A stretch of DNA of 64,000 nt from positions 96,001-160,000 of the forward strand of contig CAVQUB010000015.1 in assembly GCA_963716725.1 (NCBI GenBank). The letters are read 5' to 3'. This document shows positions 59,069 through 64,000 of the stretch, in pieces. A program made the position numbers and the translations under genes. The DNA is from an uncultured delta proteobacterium. Its GTDB lineage: Bacteria > Myxococcota_A > Polyangia > Polyangiales > Polyangiaceae. Every line of letters begins with the position of its first letter. Within the stretch, counting starts at the first letter, position 1. The notes under the pieces were generated by a model. The model saw only the letters and a program-made list of their open reading frames with translations. It had not been told where the DNA came from and searched no databases.

Positions 59069-59869
59069 TCAGCGTCGCGCGGGGAAGGTCGCGCTGGGGA
59101 GGGGAAATGCCGGGCGCGCATAGAGGTACCCTTGGGCGAACACGACGCCGCAGTCGACCAACGCCGCGTGCTCCTCCGGCGTCTCGACGCCCTCCGCGAT
59201 GGCGTACGCGCCCAGGTTCGCGCAGAGCTCGAGCAGGCGTCGCACCAGCTTTTGTTGTCGGTCGCTGGTGTGAATGGCGGCGATCAGCTCACGATCGAGC
59301 TTCAGGACCTGCGGTTCGAGGTCGACGATGCGCTTCAGGTCGGAGTAGGCGGCACCGAGATCGTCGATGGCGAGCGCCGCGCCCGACCGGTCACGCACCT
59401 CGCGCAATACGCTTCTGCAGAGGTCGAAATGCGTCATCGGCACCGACTCGCTGATCTCGATGCAAAGGTCGTGATCGTGAGCGAAGACCGGATCGTCGGG
59501 CCGGATCAGCCAGCTCTCGTTCAACTCTTGCGGGTGCACGTTGACGAAGAGCGGCTTGCCCGCGCACATGGGGACGGCGATCTCCCGGATCATGCGTCCA
59601 AGCCGACCTGCGCAGTTCTTTTGGACGGCATGCCTGAACAGCGCTTCTGGCCGCGAGAACTCGGGGACGCGACAGCGGACGAGGGCCTCGTAGCCATGGA
59701 CCTGGCGGGTGTCGAGGCGCACGATGGGCTGAAACACCACGCTGAGGTCGGAGGCGCGGACCATCTGCGAGAGCGCGGTCGAGGAGTCCACGGGCAGATC
59801 CCAGGTCTCGTCGCTGGGCGCATTTTGCGCATCCGACAGCCGATTCGAGGGTGGCCGCGAGCGGTGCAT
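59069..59869 (-). CDS. stand-alone EAL-domain c-di-GMP phosphodiesterase
   Basis: FQPIV, YEAL, FVN, DDLG..YS, KLDR, EGVE, QGY. Confidence 0.88.
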   Translation of the reverse strand: MHRSRPPSNRLSDAQNAPSDETWDLPVDSSTALSQMVRASDLSVVFQPIVRLDTRQVHGYEALVRCRVPEFSRPEALFRHAVQKNCAGRLGRMIREIAVPMCAGKPLFVNVHPQELNESWLIRPDDPVFAHDHDLCIEISESVPMTHFDLCRSVLREVRDRSGAALAIDDLGAAYSDLKRIVDLEPQVLKLDRELIAAIHTSDRQQKLVRRLLELCANLGAYAIAEGVETPEEHAALVDCGVVFAQGYLYARPAFPLPSATFPARR

Positions 59870-59963
59870 CGGTCCTCTTCATCCGGTTATCACTCGCGAT
59901 GTTCCCGGGCAAGCGCGGGAGGTCGTGCAGCAGCACGCGGGCTCTGGTATGCGTCCTTTCGCC

Positions 59964-60809
59964 ATGACTTGGTTCACGCGTGCGGCCCTCTCCATCGTGA
60001 TCGTCGCGGCGGTTCCCGCCTGTGACGGCGACAAGAAGCTCAGCCGGTCCAAGGCTGCGGAGCACGTCAGCTCAATGGTCGAAACGGCCACCGCGGACGT
60101 GCAAGAAATCCGCGGCGGGCTCCCCGAGGGCGCCAAGCATTTGGCCAAGCTCTACGAGGGCGCAACCGCACCCAAAGACGATCTCCCGGCGGTGCGCGAA
60201 GCGCTCGACCGGGCACGCAACAAGGTCCAAGATCTGCGCGTCGCCAAGAGCACCTTCTTCGCGCTCCTCGACGATCAAGGGAACGTGCTTCGAAACGATC
60301 AGGACCAGGACCTGATGGCTGGCAAGAACGCGTTCCAGAGCTTTCCGGCGCTGAAGGCGGCGCTCGAAGGCAAGTACGCAGAAGCGCGAGGATCCATGCC
60401 CGAGGCAGCCCGCGTCAAAGGCGCCGACGGCCAATGGGTGGCAGCGGCACCCGTGGAGGTCGCCGGCAAGGTGCGCGGGCTCTACGCCACGGGCTTCTCG
60501 TGGTCCGCCTACGCCTACCGGCTCGAGAACGCGGTTCGCGGCAGCGTGCGCGGCACGATGCCGGAGAACAAGAAGGAGCCGCTCATCTACGTCTACGTCG
60601 TGGTCGAGAAGCAGGCGTTTGGGGCTCCGGTCTCGCCGGAGGTGAACGGCCGAGCGATCTTGGATCTCGATCCTCTGTCGAAGGCCCAGGGCGACGCGGT
60701 GTACTCCGAGGTGCTCGAAATCACCGGGCGAGACTTCGGGCTGGCGATCAAGCGAGCTCCGGCTCTCGGCGTCGACGTCGCCGTCGCCGTGCTGCGATCC
60801 GAGACCTGA
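59964..60809 (+). CDS. hypothetical lipoprotein
   Basis: Lipobox-like VPAC; Cache-like central segment (tentative). Confidence 0.65.
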   Translation: MTWFTRAALSIVIVAAVPACDGDKKLSRSKAAEHVSSMVETATADVQEIRGGLPEGAKHLAKLYEGATAPKDDLPAVREALDRARNKVQDLRVAKSTFFALLDDQGNVLRNDQDQDLMAGKNAFQSFPALKAALEGKYAEARGSMPEAARVKGADGQWVAAAPVEVAGKVRGLYATGFSWSAYAYRLENAVRGSVRGTMPENKKEPLIYVYVVVEKQAFGAPVSPEVNGRAILDLDPLSKAQGDAVYSEVLEITGRDFGLAIKRAPALGVDVAVAVLRSET

Positions 60810-60812
60810 AGA

Positions 60813-60989
60813 CTAGGGCGAGGCTTCGTCCGGGCCGGTACGTCCGAAGCGATGCAGCCCGTAGATCAACAGGACCAGGGAGGGCACCGTCACCACGCCG
60901 CCGGTGGGCGGATCGCCGGTGGCGGCGATGGCGATGCCCACGAGCACCGTGGTCACGCCGATGGCCAGGAGCGAACGCGGGTTGCCCAT
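60813..60989 (-). CDS. 58-aa two-helix membrane protein (below the ORF-track cutoff)
   Basis: MGNPRSLLAIGVTTVLVGIAIAATGDPPTGGVVTVPSLVLLIYGLHRFGRTGPDEASP; TGATG coupling to upstream gene. Confidence 0.65.
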   Translation of the reverse strand: MGNPRSLLAIGVTTVLVGIAIAATGDPPTGGVVTVPSLVLLIYGLHRFGRTGPDEASP

Positions 60990-61525
60990 CAGGGCCAGCG
61001 CTCCGCGTGGGCACGAACCAAGAAGTCGCGCACGTCGCGCGCGAGGCGGCGCTCCGCCGTGATCGTCGTCTGCTCGTGGGCGGTCCCAATCTGGTCGTCG
61101 TAGCGATACTCGGTGTCGTGCAGGATCAGCACGCGCGTCTCGGCGTCGGCACCGATGCCGTGGACCAGTTGCAATGCGTCTCCCATATCCGCGGCCCTAG
61201 CCGGCAACGCGGCGCCGAGCGCGGCGCGTTCGTTGGGCGTCACGTACGCAACGCCGTACTTGCGCCCATCGCCCATCACGTCCACCTCGAGGGCCTTGCC
61301 CTCGGCAATGGGGATCGCCCGGCCGGGGACCGGCGCGTCGTGTTCGTCGTGGAAAGCCTGAGCGATGACCTGCACCGCCCGTCGTTCGTCCAGGCTGCGG
61401 GTCGGGTTCGCGGACTTGGCGGGACCGCTGCCGCAAGCCGCGACGAAAGCCAGGGCGAGGGTGGCGAGGGTTTGGCCGAGGGCGCGGGGCTTTCGCCGGG
61501 CGCCGGAGCTGTCGAGTGCGTGCAT
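60989..61525 (-). CDS. hypothetical lipoprotein
   Basis: Lipobox VAAC-G; start inferred at ATG 61525. Confidence 0.65.
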   Translation of the reverse strand: MHALDSSGARRKPRALGQTLATLALAFVAACGSGPAKSANPTRSLDERRAVQVIAQAFHDEHDAPVPGRAIPIAEGKALEVDVMGDGRKYGVAYVTPNERAALGAALPARAADMGDALQLVHGIGADAETRVLILHDTEYRYDDQIGTAHEQTTITAERRLARDVRDFLVRAHAERWP

Positions 61526-61576
61526 CGGAGCAAAAGGTAGCCAACCGGCGCCCGATTCGCTAGCTCTCGTCCCAGG

Positions 61577-62209
61577 ATGCCCTCCCATCCCGCCCGCATT
61601 TCCGCTTCCGCGGTCCTGGTCCTCGCCTTCGTCTCGTGCGGCGGCCAAGGCTTGCCAGACCCCAAGATCACGGCGGCCGAGTACGCTGCGCGGGTCGAGA
61701 AGGGGGACGCGGACGGGGTCTACGCCATGCTCTCGACCGACGCGCAGCGCACTCATGGCGAGCAGGGCGTGCGGCGCATGGTGAAAGAGTCCCGCGCCGA
61801 GCTCTCGCGAACGGCACGGGCGGTCGCGGCGGCCGGTGCCAAGATCGAGATGCAGGCCACGCTTCGCTACGCTGATGGAGAGCAGGCGAGCCTCGACGTC
61901 GAAGGGGGTTCCTTTCGGGTCGCGAGCGCCGGCGCGCTACCCCTCGGCGCTCGCACTCCCGCGCAGGCCCTCGCGGAGCTCCGCATGGCCCTGGCGCGGA
62001 GGAGTTATGCAGGCGTGGTTCGAGTCCTGTCTTCGGAGTCGCGGAGCGCCGTCGAGAACGACATGAAGTCGCTGGTGCAGGGGCTCGAGCAACCCGAGAC
62101 CCTGGAAGTGAAGGTGACCGGCGATCGCGCGCAGGTTCAGGTGCCCGGGGGGCATTCGGTCAAGCTCAAGCGCGAGGCCGGGTTCTGGCGAGTCGAGGAT
62201 TTCGATTGA
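61577..62209 (+). CDS. hypothetical lipoprotein with duplicated NTF2-like units
   Basis: Lipobox VSC-G; two Y..LS..(A/S) repeats, WRV terminus. Confidence 0.65.
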   Translation: MPSHPARISASAVLVLAFVSCGGQGLPDPKITAAEYAARVEKGDADGVYAMLSTDAQRTHGEQGVRRMVKESRAELSRTARAVAAAGAKIEMQATLRYADGEQASLDVEGGSFRVASAGALPLGARTPAQALAELRMALARRSYAGVVRVLSSESRSAVENDMKSLVQGLEQPETLEVKVTGDRAQVQVPGGHSVKLKREAGFWRVEDFD

Positions 62210-62225
62210 TCGAGGAGCAGGTTCG

Positions 62226-62990
62226 GTGAGGCTCTCGCGTCGGCACGCGCTGGCGGGGCTGGCGGCGCTGGCCAGCTTCAGGCCGGGCCGCGCCCGGGCG
62301 TTCGGGGACGCCGGTGCGTTTCATCCGCGGGTCGTCACCAGCGGAGGGGCCAAACTGGATGTCGAGCGCAGTTCGGCGCCGGCGCGCTGGAGCTACGAGC
62401 TGGTGCGGCGCACCAGCGCACCCGGGCGACTGGCCGCCAGCTCTGTCGCCTTCGATCAGCCCGCCTTCGCCGCCGAGCCCTTCGCGATCTGGGCGGGCGC
62501 GAGCGCGCTCGCTCCGCTCTCCGGTCCCGAACGTCGTGGACTGGAACGGTTCCTGAAGATGGGCGGCGTTCTGGTGGTCGACGACCTCGCCCCGGCCAGC
62601 GGCGCCTTTGGAGCCAGCGCCCGCCGCGAGCTCCGTCGAGTGTTGCCCGACGTCGCCCCGGTGAAGCTCGACTCGTCCCACGTGGTCTTCAAGAGCTACT
62701 ACATCGTCGATCGCCCGGTGGGTCGGGTGCAAGGCCCGCCCCACGTCGAGGCGCTCGTTCGCGGCAGGTACGCCCAAGTATTTCTGCTCAGTCACGATCT
62801 GCTGGGTGCTCTCGCCCGGTCGCGCGCCGGCGGGTTCGCCCTGGACGTCGAGCCGGGCGGCGTGGCGCAGCGCGAGCAAGCAGTGCGCCTGGCGGTGAAC
62901 ATCGCGATGTACGTCCTGTGTTCGGACTACAAAGACGATCAAGTCCACGCTCCCTGGCTGATGCGCCGTCGAGCGCGCCGCCGGCCATGA
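62226..62990 (+). CDS. DUF4159 family protein (Tat signal)
   Basis: SRRHAL; FL..GG.LVVDD; HVVFKSYY; NIAMYVLCSDYKDDQVH. Confidence 0.85.
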   Translation: MRLSRRHALAGLAALASFRPGRARAFGDAGAFHPRVVTSGGAKLDVERSSAPARWSYELVRRTSAPGRLAASSVAFDQPAFAAEPFAIWAGASALAPLSGPERRGLERFLKMGGVLVVDDLAPASGAFGASARRELRRVLPDVAPVKLDSSHVVFKSYYIVDRPVGRVQGPPHVEALVRGRYAQVFLLSHDLLGALARSRAGGFALDVEPGGVAQREQAVRLAVNIAMYVLCSDYKDDQVHAPWLMRRRARRRP

Positions 62991-64000
62991 GCGCACGCTC
63001 GTGGGCGTTCAGCGACGACCTGTCGTCCGTCGTCAGCGTGCTGACGCTGGGATTTGCCACGCTCTCGGTCCTGCTCCTGCTGCTCGAGCTCCGTCGGCGC
63101 GAACGATTGGGAATCACGATTGCAGCGACGGGGCTCGTCGCGACCTTCGCGTTGGCTCTGGCGGTGCTGCGACCCGTGCGTGTGAGCGAGCGCGGCAGCC
63201 TGGTTGGGCCGCGGGTGATCGTGCTCGTCGATCAGTCGCGGCGCCTCGAATTGCCCGCCGAGGACGGCCGCTCACGTCGGGAGCGTGCCGAGGCCAGCGT
63301 TTCGGCGGTTCGGCGCCACTTCGGCGACGCGCGCCTCGCGACCTTCGGCTTCGGATCGGGTCGAGTGCAGCCGGTGGGCGAGTCGGGCTTTGGTGCGCGC
63401 CGAAGCGCCGAGAGCGATCTCGTGGCTGCCCTCGACGACCTCGCCGAGACACCCGGCGAGCGGCCGCGAGCCGTCGTCGTCATCAGCGATGGCCGCCTGA
63501 GCCGCCCCGGTCCGGGCGGCGACGACGACGCTCTTCGGCGAGCAGTCGGCGCGCTCGGAGTTCCGGTGCACAGCGTGCGACTCGCGGAGGCTGGGCCACG
63601 AGATGCGAGTATCCGCGCCGTGCGCGCCGCCGGCGCCGCGGTGGCCCATCAGCCGCTGAGCCTCACCATCGAGGTGGGGTGCTCTGGTGGGCTCGACTGT
63701 GGTGACATCCCCGTCGCGGTGCGGGAGCACCGGCAGGGCGTGGAGCCCGCGGTCCTGGCCAGCGGCACCGCCCGGGTCGAAGACGGAACGGCGACGCTCG
63801 AGCTCCGCGTCACCCTCGAGCGCGCCGGGGCTCGCGTCGTCGAAGTGAGCATCGATCCGCCCGACGGCGACCAAGTTCCGGAGAGCGACCGGCGGTTCAT
63901 CACCTTCAGCGTCGCGCGCGAGCGCGTGCGCCTCTTGCACGTCGCCGGACGGCCCACCTACGACGTTCGCACCCTGCGGCAGTGGCTCAAGAGTGACGAG
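62987..64000 (+). CDS. vWA/glutamine amidotransferase-like membrane protein, runs off the window
   Basis: N-terminal TMs, VIVLVDQS, VVVISDG, RLLHVAGRPTYDVR; ATGA overlap with DUF4159 gene. Confidence 0.75.
   Translation, partial: MSARSWAFSDDLSSVVSVLTLGFATLSVLLLLLELRRRERLGITIAATGLVATFALALAVLRPVRVSERGSLVGPRVIVLVDQSRRLELPAEDGRSRRERAEASVSAVRRHFGDARLATFGFGSGRVQPVGESGFGARRSAESDLVAALDDLAETPGERPRAVVVISDGRLSRPGPGGDDDALRRAVGALGVPVHSVRLAEAGPRDASIRAVRAAGAAVAHQPLSLTIEVGCSGGLDCGDIPVAVREHRQGVEPAVLASGTARVEDGTATLELRVTLERAGARVVEVSIDPPDGDQVPESDRRFITFSVARERVRLLHVAGRPTYDVRTLRQWLKSDE

Overview
High-GC bacterial chromosome segment. The gene repertoire (Pkn-type Ser/Thr kinases, FHA proteins, Gly-rich-linker lipoproteins, DUF4388/DnaJ, DUF4159) suggests Myxococcota, probably Polyangiales; this is an inference. 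Most of the window is housekeeping: 2-oxoacid dehydrogenase E1a/E1b/E2, prs-rplY-pth-rpsF-rpsR-rplI-dnaB, obgE, hisZ-purA, ddl, purD-tsaC-DUF1015-serC, dciA-like, sodB and bcp. At least seven genes, including essential obgE, are broken by single-base indels, which points to consensus errors. Highlights: (1) a 3,321-bp tyrosine-integrase element at tRNA-Leu(CAA) that duplicates the 5' half of the tRNA (42-bp direct repeat). It has GGTGGGCCACG arm-site repeats inside both ends, a RelE-type toxin-antitoxin pair, and a reading frame completed only in the excised circle. (2) A DsrE2-TusA-DsrE sulfur-relay operon ending in a diguanylate cyclase with an exact 49-aa repeat. (3) A full-length bacterial homolog of the eukaryotic protein-histidine methyltransferase METTL9/DREV. 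(4) Three tandem FHA paralogs. All family calls come from motif recognition; no database searches were run.
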